A DNA stretch of 49,247 nucleotides from Actinomycetales bacterium (GCA_038213835.1 JBBQSN010000002.1:1-49247), one strand, 5' to 3'. Shown: positions 1 through 11,969, counted from the stretch's first letter. Program-made: numbers and translations. Notes: generated by a model not told the origin, from the letters alone.

Positions 1-1
1 C

Positions 2-400
2 GGCAGCACGGGCGAGCTGTGGTCCGAGCTGATCCAGGCCGACGGGGCCGAGGTGCTGGCCCGCTACGCCGACGGCCCGCTGGCCGGCGGCCCGGCCCTG
101 ACGCGGAACGCCGTCGGCGAGGGCGGCGCCTGGTACAGCAGCACGCGGCTCGACCCGGCCGGCACCCGCGCGCTGGTCGACCGGGTCTGCGCCGCAGCAG
201 GTGTCGCGGCCCCGGTACGCACAGAGGGCGCCGTCGAGGTGGTCCAGCGCGCCGGCGACACGGGACGCTGGACGTTCCTGGTGAATCACGGCGAGGATGC
301 CACCGTGCACCTCGACGGCCACGACCTGGTCACCGACGCGTCCGTGCAGGGCGCCTGGACGCTGCCGGCCGGTGCGGTGGCCGTGGTGCGAGAGACGTGA
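2..400 (+). CDS. beta-galactosidase (GH42-like), C-terminal fragment; 5' end outside window
   Basis: The frame is open from the window edge to TGA 398-400. The translation (..ADGAEVLARYADGPLAGGPALTRNAVGEGGAWYSSTRLD..TFLVNHGEDATVHLDG..) resembles the C-terminal domain of GH42 beta-galactosidases. It sits directly upstream of deoR-galT-galK, and its stop overlaps the next start (GTGA). Confidence 0.6.
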   Translation, partial: GSTGELWSELIQADGAEVLARYADGPLAGGPALTRNAVGEGGAWYSSTRLDPAGTRALVDRVCAAAGVAAPVRTEGAVEVVQRAGDTGRWTFLVNHGEDATVHLDGHDLVTDASVQGAWTLPAGAVAVVRET

Positions 401-1196
401 CCGTGCTGGCCAGCCAGCGGCAGGACCGCATCCTGGAGCAGGTGGCGGTCCACGGTGCCGCTCGGGTGTCGGAGCTGGTCGACCTGCTCGGCGTCTCCGA
501 CATGACGATCCGGCGCGACATCGACGCCCTGGCCCAGCGCGGCCTGGTGGCGCGGGTGCACGGCGGCGTCACGGCGGCGGGCGGGCGCAGCGCGGAGGAG
601 CCCGGCTTCGTCGCGAAGTCCACGCTGCAGATCACGGAGAAGGTGGCGATCGCCCGCGAGGCCGTTCGCCTGGTCGAACCGGGAGCGGCCGTGGCGATCT
701 CGGCCGGCACCACCACCTACGAGGTCGCGCGGCTGCTCCGGCACGTCGAGCAGCTCACCGTCATCACCAACTCCATCCCGGTGGCTCAGCTGCTGCACGA
801 GGACAAGCGAGCCGACATGACGGTCATCCTCACCGGGGGGGTCCGCACCCCTTCCGACGCCCTCGTCGGCCCCGTCGCCGTCGGCTCCCTCCAGGGCCTG
901 CACGTCGACTGGCTCTTCATGGGCGTGCACGGCATCGACCTGCGGGCCGGCCTCACCACACCGAACATGGTGGAGGGCGACACCGACCGCGCCCTGATCG
1001 GCTGCGCCCGCCAGGTGGTCGTCACGGCCGACAGCAGCAAGTGGGGGGTCGTGGCCCTCACCACGATCGTCAGCCTCGACGAGGTCGACGTCCTCGTCAC
1101 CGACTCCGGTCTGCCCCCGGGTGCGCACGACGTCCTGTCCGAGCGGTTGGACCGCGTGGTCGTGGCACAGGCCAGCACCCCCCAGGAGCAGACGGC

Positions 1197-1200
<4 letters not shown>
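397..1200 (+). CDS. DeoR family transcriptional regulator
   Basis: N-terminal HTH (DRILEQVAVHGAARVSELVDLLGVSDMTIRRDIDALAQRGLV) plus a DeoR C-terminal sensor domain. GTG at 397 is in frame with ORF 19..1200 and overlaps the upstream stop. The Arg-rich 126-aa N-terminal extension in the track is out-of-frame read-through of the bga gene and was rejected. Confidence 0.9.
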
Positions 1201-2342
<1,142 letters not shown>

Positions 2343-2349
2343 GCACGAG

Positions 2350-3546
2350 ATGAGCACCGAGATCCCCGCCGACGACCTGTCGGCCGAGGTCGTCGCGGCG
2401 TTCGGCCAGGTGTGGGGCGGGGACCCGTCAGGGGTGTGGCGCGCGCCCGGCCGGGTCAACGTCATCGGCGAGCACGTCGACTACCAGGGCGGCCTGTGCC
2501 TCCCGGTCGCGCTACCGCACAGCACCTTCGCCGCCGTGCGGCTTCGCGAGGACCACCACGTCCGGCTGTCCAGCACGGCCAGGCCCGACGACGACTGGGT
2601 GGGCGTGCTGGACGACATCGGGCCGGGCCGGCCGCGCGGCTGGGCCGGCTACCTGGCCGGTGTGCTGTGGGCCCTACAACAGGACGGCGTCGCCGTCCCG
2701 GGGGCCGACGTCGTGGTCGCGAGCTCGGTGCCGCTGGGTGCCGGCCTGTCCAGCTCGGCGTCGCTGGAGTGCTCCCTCGCGATCGCCCTGGCCGACCTGC
2801 TCGACCTGCCCACCGACGACGCCGGGCGCGCGCGCCTCGCCGCCGCCTGCGTGCGTGCCGAGAACGAGGTCGCCCAGGCGTCCACCGGCGGGCTGGACCA
2901 GGCCGCGTCGCTGCGCTCGGTGGCCGGGCACGCCCTGCTCGTCGACTGCCGCGACGGCAGCGTGGCGCCCGTCCCGATGGGCCTCGAGGAACATGCTCTG
3001 GCTCTGCTCGTGATCGACACGCGGGCTCCGCACCGCCTGGTGGACAGCGAGTACGCGGCGCGGCGCGCGGACTGCGAGCGGGCGGCATCGGTCCTGGGCG
3101 TCCCCACCCTGCGCGAGGTCGACGACCTGGACGCCGCCCTGGCGCGGCTGGACGACGACGCCCTGGTGCCCCGGGTACGGCACGTCGTGACCGAGATCGA
3201 GCGGGTCCGGCGAGCCGTCGCGGTGCTCGAGGAGAGCAGGCCTGCCGACCTCGGCCCGCTGCTCACCGCCTCGCACGCGTCCCTGCGCGACGACTACGAG
3301 GTGTCGAGCCCGGAGCTGGACCTGGTGGTCGAGACCGCCGGCTCTGCAGGGGCTCTCGGGGCACGGATGACCGGAGGTGGCTTCGGTGGTTCGGCGGTGG
3401 CGCTGGTCAGGGAGTCCTCGGCCGAGGCCGTCGAGGACGCCGTCGCCGCAGCCTTCGAGGACGCGGGCTGGGGCCGTCCCGGCTTCGTCCGGGCCGTGGC
3501 AGGGCCGCCGGCCGGACGCGCGGGCCGGCGACCTGACGTCCGCTAG
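2350..3546 (+). CDS. galK: galactokinase
   Basis: Galactokinase signature GRVNVIGEHVDYQGG and GHMP-kinase motif PLGAGLSSSAS. Starts 7 nt after the galT stop. Confidence 0.95.
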   Translation: MSTEIPADDLSAEVVAAFGQVWGGDPSGVWRAPGRVNVIGEHVDYQGGLCLPVALPHSTFAAVRLREDHHVRLSSTARPDDDWVGVLDDIGPGRPRGWAGYLAGVLWALQQDGVAVPGADVVVASSVPLGAGLSSSASLECSLAIALADLLDLPTDDAGRARLAAACVRAENEVAQASTGGLDQAASLRSVAGHALLVDCRDGSVAPVPMGLEEHALALLVIDTRAPHRLVDSEYAARRADCERAASVLGVPTLREVDDLDAALARLDDDALVPRVRHVVTEIERVRRAVAVLEESRPADLGPLLTASHASLRDDYEVSSPELDLVVETAGSAGALGARMTGGGFGGSAVALVRESSAEAVEDAVAAAFEDAGWGRPGFVRAVAGPPAGRAGRRPDVR

Positions 3547-4157
3547 GGCGCTTCGGGGTGCAGGCCGACGTAGAGGCCGAACGGCTCGCCGTCCGGGTCG
3601 CTCGGGTGGTTGGCCAGGTCGTCCAGCACGTCGTACAGGCGGGTCAGCAGACGCTCGCGGTCGGCGTCTGCGAGCCGGAAGCCCAGGCGGGTGCTGCTGA
3701 GTGCTCCGGGTGGCAGCCGCTGCACCTCGTCCAGGAAGGTCTGCAGCAGCAGGTCCTGCTCGCCGGCGCGGGTCGGCGTGACCGCCCCTGCGTCGAGGTA
3801 CCAGGACTTCCCTGAGGCCAGGTACGGGATCTCGCGGGACCCACGCTCCCCGCGGCGCACGTGCTGCTCGATGAGGAACCCGGTGTCGACCAGGGTGCGG
3901 ACGTGGTGCAGGACCGTGGCGGGGTTGCGACCGAGGGCTGCCGAGATCTCCTGGTTGGTGCGCGGCTCGTGCAGCGCCAGCCGCAGGATCTGCAGCCGCA
4001 GCGACGAGGCCATCGCCCGGGCCTCGGCGTCATCGGGTGTCCGGCGGGCCCAGACCTGTCGCGTCGAGCCCACCGGCAAGGGGCCGAACGGGGCAGGTTC
4101 GAGCTCGGGCGCCGCGACGGGCTGGGCGTCGCCGGGGACGGCTCGGGGGCTGCTCAC
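3543..4157 (-). CDS. ArsR-family winged-helix transcriptional regulator
   Basis: wHTH segment LRLQILRLALHEPRTNQEISAALGRNPATVLHHVRTLVDTGFL. Divergent from the MFS gene and convergent with galK (4-nt overlap). Confidence 0.8.
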   Translation of the reverse strand: MSSPRAVPGDAQPVAAPELEPAPFGPLPVGSTRQVWARRTPDDAEARAMASSLRLQILRLALHEPRTNQEISAALGRNPATVLHHVRTLVDTGFLIEQHVRRGERGSREIPYLASGKSWYLDAGAVTPTRAGEQDLLLQTFLDEVQRLPPGALSSTRLGFRLADADRERLLTRLYDVLDDLANHPSDPDGEPFGLYVGLHPEAP

Positions 4158-4188
4158 GCGGACACGATATCGCTCATGACATCAGTGA

Positions 4189-5538
4189 TTGACTTCTCCC
4201 AATGAGTGGGGTCACCCTGGCCTCGTGACCGACATCCCCGCGGCGGGGACGCTGCCCGGCGACACGCCACCCACCGACCTCGCACCGAAGCGGGTGCGCG
4301 GCGGCCTGCTGCGTCAGCACGACTTCCGCCAGCTCTTCCTCGGCGACGCCGTCAGCCAGGTCGGCACCCAGCTGACCGTCCTGGCGCTACCGGTGCTGGC
4401 CGTCCGCGAGCTGGGCGCCGACGAGCTCGAGATGGGCCTGCTCGGCACCTTCGAGTTCCTGGCCTTCCTCGTCATCGGCCTGCCGGCCGGTGCGTGGGTC
4501 GACCGCTGGCGCAAGCAGCGGGTGCTGATCTTGGCCGACCTCGTGAGGGCCGTGGCGCTGGGGTCGCTGCCGGTCGCGTGGTCGCTCGACCTGCTGACCC
4601 TCGTCCACCTGTTCGTTGTGGCGCTCGTGGTCGGGACCTGCACGGTGTTCTTCGACGTGGCCTACCAGAGCTACCTGCCCGACCTCGTCCCCAGCGAGGC
4701 GATCAGCGAGGGCAACGCCAAGCTCCAGGGCCTGCAGTCGGTCGCGCAGGTGGCCGGGCCGGCGACGGGCGGCTTCCTGATCCGCGCCATCGGTGCGCCG
4801 CTCACGATCGCGATCGATGCCGTGAGCTTCGTCGGATCGGCCCTGTTCGTCCGCCGGATCCGGCACGTGGAGACACCCCCCACCAAGGCCGAGCGGCGTC
4901 CTCTCCTGGTCGAGGTGAAGGAGGGGCTGATGTTCGTCGTGCGGCAGCCGCTGCTGCTGCGGATCGCCGCCTGCACGTCCATCGGCAACCTCTTCAACGC
5001 GATGTCCGGGTCGCTGCTGGTGCTGTTCGCGCTGCGCGAGCTCGGCCTGGACGAGAGCGACCTGGGTATCGCGTTCACCCTGGGGTCGGTCGGTGGGCTG
5101 CTGGGAGCCGTCGTCACCAGACGGATCAGCGGGTGGGTCGGCGAGGGGCGGACGATCCCGCTGTCCGCCCTGCTGTTCGCCCCGTTCACGGCGCTGATCC
5201 CCCTCGCCGGCGAGACGATCCCCCCGATGCTCGCCCTGGCGCTGTCCATGTTCGGCTTCTCGTTCTCCGTCCTGGTCTACAACATCACGCAGGTGAGCTT
5301 CCGGCAGCGACTGTGCCCCAAGCCCCTCCTCGGTCGGATGAACGCCTCGATCCGGTTCGTCGTCTGGGGGACGATGCCGATCGGCGCGCTGGTCGGCGGC
5401 CTGCTCGGCGCGCAGCTCGGCATCCGGCCGGTGTTCTGGATCTCCGTGGCCGGCGCGGTGGTCGCGGCGTTCCCGGTGCTGTTCTCACCCCTGATCCGGA
5501 TGCGCGACCTGCCGCGCGCGCTGGACCAGCACGCGTGA
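4189..5538 (+). CDS. MFS transporter (DHA3/EntS-like)
   Basis: About 12 hydrophobic segments, with N-terminal motif FRQLFLGDAVSQVGTQLTVLALPVLAV typical of PF05977-type MFS exporters. The start is uncertain: TTG 4189 or GTG 4225. Confidence 0.85.
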   Translation: MTSPNEWGHPGLVTDIPAAGTLPGDTPPTDLAPKRVRGGLLRQHDFRQLFLGDAVSQVGTQLTVLALPVLAVRELGADELEMGLLGTFEFLAFLVIGLPAGAWVDRWRKQRVLILADLVRAVALGSLPVAWSLDLLTLVHLFVVALVVGTCTVFFDVAYQSYLPDLVPSEAISEGNAKLQGLQSVAQVAGPATGGFLIRAIGAPLTIAIDAVSFVGSALFVRRIRHVETPPTKAERRPLLVEVKEGLMFVVRQPLLLRIAACTSIGNLFNAMSGSLLVLFALRELGLDESDLGIAFTLGSVGGLLGAVVTRRISGWVGEGRTIPLSALLFAPFTALIPLAGETIPPMLALALSMFGFSFSVLVYNITQVSFRQRLCPKPLLGRMNASIRFVVWGTMPIGALVGGLLGAQLGIRPVFWISVAGAVVAAFPVLFSPLIRMRDLPRALDQHA

Positions 5539-6338
5539 ACGGTCTCGACCCGGTCGGGCTGGCGAGGCGGCACGCGGCGCTGCTCGACCAGCACCTTCCC
5601 GGGGTGCTCCGCGGCGTGTACCTGGTGGGTTCGGTGGCTCTTGGCGACCACCGACCGGGACGCAGCGACGTCGACACCGTCACCGTCGTCGGACGCGAGC
5701 TCGTCCCCGCCGACGCGCCCTCGCTCCGTGCCGTGCACGCGGCGCTCTCCCCCGACGCCGTCGGCGTCGCCTACGACACCACCTACGTGCCGGTCGCCTG
5801 GCTGGCCGCCGTGCCCAGCAAGGAACCGGTGACCCCCTTCAGCCTGGACGGCGTGCTGCACCTGGACGGGAGCGCGTTCCAGGTGAACCCCGTGACCTGG
5901 GTCGAGCTGGGTGGTTCGGTCGCCGCCGTCGGGCCGGAGCCGGCCGAGCTGGAGGTCGCAGACGTCTCGGAACCGTTGCAGCAGTGGTTGGTCCAGAACC
6001 TCCGCTGCTACTGGGGACCGTCCGCGGCGAGGATGCGCGAGGAGCTGCTCACCCGACCTGTCGACCAGGAGGCGAACCCCGAGGCCGTGGCCTGGCACGT
6101 CCTCGGGGCGGCCCGATTGCACGCGACGCTGACCACGGGACGGATCCTGTCCAAGACGGAGGCCGGCGACCACGCCGCCAGCACCTGGCCCCGGCACGTC
6201 ACCCTGTGCCGGCGGGCCCAGGCCTGGCGGGCCGGCGACGACGTCCGGTTCACCTGCAGCGACGGGCTCGAGGCGGCCGACCTGGTCGAGGCGGTCGTGC
6301 GCGATTCTCCGACGTCGGGGCGCCTCAACCCGTCCTGA
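5535..6338 (+). CDS. nucleotidyltransferase domain protein (aminoglycoside adenylyltransferase-like)
   Basis: Contains a GS..(D)xD-type polymerase-beta NTase motif (YLVGSVALGDHRPGRSDVDTVTVV) followed by a helical C-terminal domain. GTG 5535 overlaps the MFS stop (GTGA) and is in frame with ORF 4206..6338. Confidence 0.6.
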   Translation: MNGLDPVGLARRHAALLDQHLPGVLRGVYLVGSVALGDHRPGRSDVDTVTVVGRELVPADAPSLRAVHAALSPDAVGVAYDTTYVPVAWLAAVPSKEPVTPFSLDGVLHLDGSAFQVNPVTWVELGGSVAAVGPEPAELEVADVSEPLQQWLVQNLRCYWGPSAARMREELLTRPVDQEANPEAVAWHVLGAARLHATLTTGRILSKTEAGDHAASTWPRHVTLCRRAQAWRAGDDVRFTCSDGLEAADLVEAVVRDSPTSGRLNPS

Positions 6339-6585
6339 CATGGGCGGCGAACCGTTCGAGCAGCACCGGCCAGTCGGAGAACCTCGCGCGTTCGGCGACG
6401 TTGCCCGACGTCCAACCCCCGTGGGTGAGCGTGAGGAGAGTCCCGCCGTCGTCCCGCTCGAACGCGACCTCGAGGAGGGTCGGGTGGTCCGCGTCCACGG
6501 CGAGCCAGAAGTCCAGCGAGAACCGTTGCGGTGGTTGCCAGCTCCGCATCCGGCCGACCTCGTGCTCACCCTCGCCTAGGCACAC
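6325..6585 (-). pseudogene. SRPBCC/Aha1-domain protein, C-terminal half only (probable truncated remnant)
   Basis: Only the last ~80 aa of ORF 6325..6696 look protein-like (..HEVGRMRSWQPPQRFSLDFWLAVDADHPTLLEVAFERDDGGTLLTLTHGGWTSGNVAERARFSDWPVLLERFAAHV). This matches the C-terminal half of ~150-aa SRPBCC proteins. The upstream part of the ORF is an out-of-frame reading of the glyoxalase gene's 3' end. Confidence 0.4.
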
Positions 6586-7147
6586 CGTGGTCGGCCACCC
6601 GGTCCGGTCCGTCCGACAGGGGCTGCAGGAACATGAGCCGGTTGAGGAACGGGTCGGAGACGGTGACCACCAGTCCCCACTCCTCGCGCTCCACACCGGG
6701 GCGGGCGTACTCGTAGTCCTTGGTCAAGAGCTCGCGCTGGAAGGAGCGGGCGTCGGCGATCTCGACGATGACCGCGGCGCCGGGGCTGGCGTCGCCGTGG
6801 TGCTCGGTGAGGTGCAGCCGGACGCCGTCGCGCACCACCTCCGCGTACAGCGGGGCGTGGTCGCTGAACCGGTGCTCCCAGACCACCTCGAAGCCGAGGA
6901 AGTCGCGGTAGAACTCCAGCGCCTTGCGGGTGTCGAAGATCCGCAGCAGCGGGATCGCACCGGGCGCCGGGGCGGCGCGCTCCTCGGCGCGAGGCCCCGC
7001 GACCAGGGTGTTCCAGTCGCGGCGGCCCAGCATCCTGGCCACCAGCTCGAGGGCGTGCCCGTGGCCGATCTCGGTGCCCTGCTCGGCCAGCGCGGCGCGC
7101 AGCCGCTTCGCCAGGTGCTTGGGGTGGGTCGTGCTCGACGTGCTCAT
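6566..7147 (-). CDS. glyoxalase/bleomycin-resistance superfamily protein
   Basis: VOC fold segment (LRIFDTRKALEFYRDFLGFEVVWEHRF..LHLTEHHGD..VIVEI) preceded by a short helical N-terminal domain. ATG 7147 is the 19th codon of ORF 6566..7201. Confidence 0.8.
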   Translation of the reverse strand: MSTSSTTHPKHLAKRLRAALAEQGTEIGHGHALELVARMLGRRDWNTLVAGPRAEERAAPAPGAIPLLRIFDTRKALEFYRDFLGFEVVWEHRFSDHAPLYAEVVRDGVRLHLTEHHGDASPGAAVIVEIADARSFQRELLTKDYEYARPGVEREEWGLVVTVSDPFLNRLMFLQPLSDGPDRVADHGVPRRG

Positions 7148-7366
7148 GACGGTGCCTCTCGGCCGGTGCCCTCGCCGGGTGCCTGCGCTGCCGGTCCGCA
7201 CCGACTCCGGTCAGAGGGTCGTCGCAGATCGTGGGGTGCTGCCGTGCCCCGGTGTCTACCGTCCCCGAGGGGTGCAGGCGGCCGGCCGCCGGTGGGCCGT
7301 GCTCAGAGGGTAGCCCCGCGCGCCCCGGGCTGTCGGCTTCCGCGCGATCGGTGGTAGAGACGTCCT

Positions 7367-8599
7367 ATGACCTCCGACTCCGCTGCCCACCGCCCGTACC
7401 TCGACGACACCAACGCCGGGGCCGGCGACCTCGCCGAGCTGCGGCACGCGCTGCACCGCACCCCCGAGATCGGGCTGCACCTGCCGACGACGCAGGCCAC
7501 GGTGCTCGAGGCGCTGTCGGGGCTCGACCTCGAGATCAGCACCGGGACGGGCACCACCTCGATCACCGGCGTGCTGCGCGGCGGCGGCACCACCGCGCCC
7601 GACGGCGAGCGACCCGTCGTGCTGCTGCGCGGAGACATGGACGCCCTGCCGGTGGCCGAGCAGGTCGATGTCGACTTCCGCTCCGGCACCGAGGGTCAGA
7701 TGCACGCGTGCGGCCACGACCTGCACACCTCGATGCTCGTCGGCGCGGCCCGCGCGCTGACCGCGCGCCGCGACGAGCTGCCCGGCGACGTCGTGTTCAT
7801 GTTCCAGCCCGGCGAGGAGGGCTTCGACGGTGCGGGCGTGATGATCGCCGAGGGCGTGCTCGACGTGGCGGGACGTCGTCCGGACGCCGCCTGGGCCCTG
7901 CACGTCATGTCGGGTCTGGCCCCGCGCGGCATCGTCGCCGGACGCGGCGGCCCGATGATGGCCTCGAGCAACGAGCTGCACGTGACGGTGAAGGGGGCCG
8001 GCGGCCACGGCTCGGCGCCGCACCGCTCCAAGGACCCGGTCCCCGCCGCCGCGGAGATGGTGACCGGCCTGCAGGTCCTGCTCTCACGCATCGTCGACCC
8101 GTTCGACACCGCGGTGCTGACCGTCGGCCAGTTCCACGCCGGCACCAAGGCCAACATCATCCCGGACGAGGCGAGGTTCTCCTGCACGTTCCGCTGCTTC
8201 GACGAGGCCGTGCTCGCCGTCGTGGAGCGCGAGACCGTGCGCTTCTGCCAGGGCACCGCGATGGCCTACGGGCTCGAGGTCGAGGCCGTCTTCACCCGTC
8301 AGTACCCCGTCACGGTCAATGACCCCGCCTCGGTGACGCAGGCAGGGGCGCTGGTCGAGAGGGTCCTGGGCGCAGGCCGTTTCGTCGAGATGCCCCGTCC
8401 GATCACCGGCTCGGAGGACTTCTCCCGCGTCCTGCAGGCAGCCCCGGGCGCGATGCTTTTCCTCGGCGCCTGCGTGACCGAGGACTTCGAGAGCGCCCCC
8501 GACAACCACTCCCCCTTCGCCTCGTTCAGCGACGACGTGCTGGCCGACGGCGCCGCCACCTACTGCGAGCTCGCGGTCGAGTCGCTGGCCCGCGCGTGA
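7367..8599 (+). CDS. M20-family amidohydrolase (N-acyl-amino acid amidohydrolase/hippurate hydrolase-like)
   Basis: Motifs LHRTPEIG, LLRGDMDALPV, MHACGHDLH and FQPGEEG are characteristic of the M20D peptidase family. Confidence 0.9.
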   Translation: MTSDSAAHRPYLDDTNAGAGDLAELRHALHRTPEIGLHLPTTQATVLEALSGLDLEISTGTGTTSITGVLRGGGTTAPDGERPVVLLRGDMDALPVAEQVDVDFRSGTEGQMHACGHDLHTSMLVGAARALTARRDELPGDVVFMFQPGEEGFDGAGVMIAEGVLDVAGRRPDAAWALHVMSGLAPRGIVAGRGGPMMASSNELHVTVKGAGGHGSAPHRSKDPVPAAAEMVTGLQVLLSRIVDPFDTAVLTVGQFHAGTKANIIPDEARFSCTFRCFDEAVLAVVERETVRFCQGTAMAYGLEVEAVFTRQYPVTVNDPASVTQAGALVERVLGAGRFVEMPRPITGSEDFSRVLQAAPGAMLFLGACVTEDFESAPDNHSPFASFSDDVLADGAATYCELAVESLARA

Positions 8600-9399
8600 C
8601 CAGCGCTCCGGTGGCGGCCGGACCGGGTGTCGGCCGGGTCGCCGTCGTCACCGGTGCGTCGAGCGGGATCGGCGAGGCCACGGCCCGCCGCCTGGCCGGG
8701 GACGGCTGGCACGTGGTCGTCGCCGCCCGCCGTGCCGAGCGCCTCGCCACGCTGGCGGACGAGATCGACGGCACTGCAGTTGTTCTCGACGTCACGTCCG
8801 ACGACTCGGTCGCCGGGCTCCTGGCCGCGCTCGGCGACCTCGGTCGCGAGGTCGCGCTGCTGGTGAACAACGCGGGCGGCGCGCTCGGCACCGACCGCGT
8901 CGCCGAGGCCTCGCTCGACGACTGGCGCTGGATGCACGAGGTCAACGTGCTCGGCACCCTGCGCGTGACCCGTGCCCTGCTGCCGGTGCTGCGACAGGCG
9001 CCCGCTGCGCACGTCGTCGTTGTCACCTCGACCGCGGCGCAGACCGTGTACCCGGGCGGAGGGGGATACACGGCGGCCAAGCACGCCGAGGGCGCCCTGG
9101 CGCGCACCCTGCGCCTCGAGCTCGTCGGCGAGCCCGTCCGGGTCACCGAGATCGCCCCCGGCATGGTGCACACCGAGGAGTTCTCCCTGGTCCGCAACCG
9201 CGGCGACGCCGAGAGGTCCGCGTCGGTCTACGCGGGCGTCGACCGCCCCCTCACCGCCGACGACGTCGCCGAGTGCATCCGCTGGACCGCCGGTCTCCCC
9301 GCCCACGTCGACGTCGACCTGCTCGTCGTGCGCCCCGTCGCCCAGGCCGCCCAGCACCTCGTCCACCGAGGTCCTCTGTTCGACGCGCCCGGGCCCTAG
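8596..9399 (+). CDS. SDR-family oxidoreductase
   Basis: Rossmann motif VVTGASSGIG, the NNAG motif and catalytic YTAAK. The start overlaps the upstream stop by 4 nt. Confidence 0.9.
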   Translation: MTSAPVAAGPGVGRVAVVTGASSGIGEATARRLAGDGWHVVVAARRAERLATLADEIDGTAVVLDVTSDDSVAGLLAALGDLGREVALLVNNAGGALGTDRVAEASLDDWRWMHEVNVLGTLRVTRALLPVLRQAPAAHVVVVTSTAAQTVYPGGGGYTAAKHAEGALARTLRLELVGEPVRVTEIAPGMVHTEEFSLVRNRGDAERSASVYAGVDRPLTADDVAECIRWTAGLPAHVDVDLLVVRPVAQAAQHLVHRGPLFDAPGP

Positions 9400-9556
9400 C
9401 GTTCCAGGACCGGTGCGCGATACGACGCTGATCGGGACTGGGAGTGGCGCACCGCACGCCTGGACGGCCCGGAGGAACTCCTCGCCCTGTTCGATGACGC
9501 GGGCGCGGGCCGTAGGTGTCGTCCCGGTCGACGGCGATCAGGGCCGCACGGCGAGG

Positions 9557-10441
9557 TCACGACGCGGCCAGGGTCCGCTCGGCCCGCTCGACGACGTTCT
9601 GCAGCAGCATCGCCCGCGTCATCGGACCCACTCCGCCGGGGTTCGGCGACAGCCAGCCGGCGACGTCGGCCACGCCGGGGTCGACGTCGCCGCGTAGCCG
9701 CGCCTTGCCGTCGTCGCCCGCGACCCGCGAGACGCCGACGTCGAGTACCGCCGCGCCGCGACGGACCATGTCCGCGGTGATGAGCCCTGGCACCCCGGCC
9801 GCCGCGACGACGACGTCGGCGTGCCGCACGTGCTCCGCGAGGTCACGGGTCCCGGTGTGGCACAGCGTGACCGTGGCGTTGACGTCCTTGCGCGTGAGCA
9901 GCAGCCCGAGCGAGCGGCCCACGGTGATGCCACGGCCGACCACGCACACCTCGGCACCGCGCAGGTCGACGCCGTGCCGCACCAGCAGCTCGATGATGCC
10001 GCGCGGCGTGCACGGCAGCGGGGTGCTCATCGGCTCGGACACCCGCAGCACCAGGCGCCCCAGGTTGGTGGGGTGCAGTCCGTCGGCGTCCTTCTCGGGG
10101 TCGATCAGCTCGAGCACCCGCTGCTCGTCCAGGCCCTTCGGGAGCGGCAGCTGGACGATGTACCCGGTGCAGGACGGGTCGTCGTTGAGGCGGCGCACCG
10201 CCGCCTCGACCTCGTCCTGGGTGGCGGTGGCCGGCAGGTCCTCGCGGATGGACGCGATGCCCACCTGGGCGCAGTCCTTGTGCTTGCCGTTGACGTACCA
10301 GCGGCTGCCGGGGTCGTCCCCGACCAGGACGGTGCCGAGACCGGGGGCGACGCCGCGCTCGCGCAGGGCGGTGACCCGTCCGGTGAGGTCGGTCTTGATC
10401 GCGGCCGCCGTGGCGGTGCCGTCGAGGACCTGTGCGGTCAT
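9557..10441 (-). CDS. folD: bifunctional methylenetetrahydrofolate dehydrogenase/methenyl-THF cyclohydrolase
   Basis: [16 protein letters not shown].., [35 protein letters not shown] and [11 protein letters not shown] 10441 is codon 65 of ORF 9557..10633. Confidence 0.95.
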   Translation of the reverse strand: MTAQVLDGTATAAAIKTDLTGRVTALRERGVAPGLGTVLVGDDPGSRWYVNGKHKDCAQVGIASIREDLPATATQDEVEAAVRRLNDDPSCTGYIVQLPLPKGLDEQRVLELIDPEKDADGLHPTNLGRLVLRVSEPMSTPLPCTPRGIIELLVRHGVDLRGAEVCVVGRGITVGRSLGLLLTRKDVNATVTLCHTGTRDLAEHVRHADVVVAAAGVPGLITADMVRRGAAVLDVGVSRVAGDDGKARLRGDVDPGVADVAGWLSPNPGGVGPMTRAMLLQNVVERAERTLAAS

Positions 10442-10496
10442 GGGTTGTGCCTCCGTGACGGGGTGGACGACGTCGGACGAGGAGCGGACGCCCTCG

Positions 10497-11813
<1,317 letters not shown>

Positions 11814-11854
11814 GTCGTCTCCTCGAAGTGGCTGTCTCGCGCAATCCGGTGACG

Positions 11855-11942
11855 GCGGGCCCAGGCGATCGACCCGTGGTCGTGCTGCACTGCCCGTCAC
11901 TCCCCGGTGGTGGACCACCTGAACGCCAGTCGTGACGGGGGC
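11855..11942 (-). promoter_or_regulatory. ZTP (pfl motif) riboswitch in the glyA-folD leader
   Basis: The minus-strand read is CCCCGUCACGACUGGCGUUCAGGUGGUCCACCACCGGGGAGUGACGGG..(25 nt)..GAUCGCCUGGGCC. P1 is CCCGUCAC/GUGACGGG and P2 is GGUGG/CCACC. The conserved ACUGGCG and CCGGGGAG elements and the 3' pseudoknot element CGCCUGGGC match the ZTP consensus almost base for base. It lies ~45 nt upstream of the glyA ATG. Confidence 0.8.
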
Positions 11943-11969
11943 AGGCTACCAAGCCGTACCCTCTGGCCC

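Noticed and set aside
19-396. 126-aa N-terminal extension of the DeoR ORF (track entry 19..1200)
   Set aside because: The translation is Arg/Gly/Pro-rich nonsense. It overlaps the well-supported beta-galactosidase frame, and a GTG at 397 overlapping that gene's stop gives a normal-length DeoR protein.
4158-4195. Imperfect inverted repeat (ATCGCTCATGACATCAGTGAT) between the ArsR and MFS genes as a possible operator
   Set aside because: The symmetry is weak (several mismatches) and I cannot support it without homologous operators, so it is not listed as a feature.
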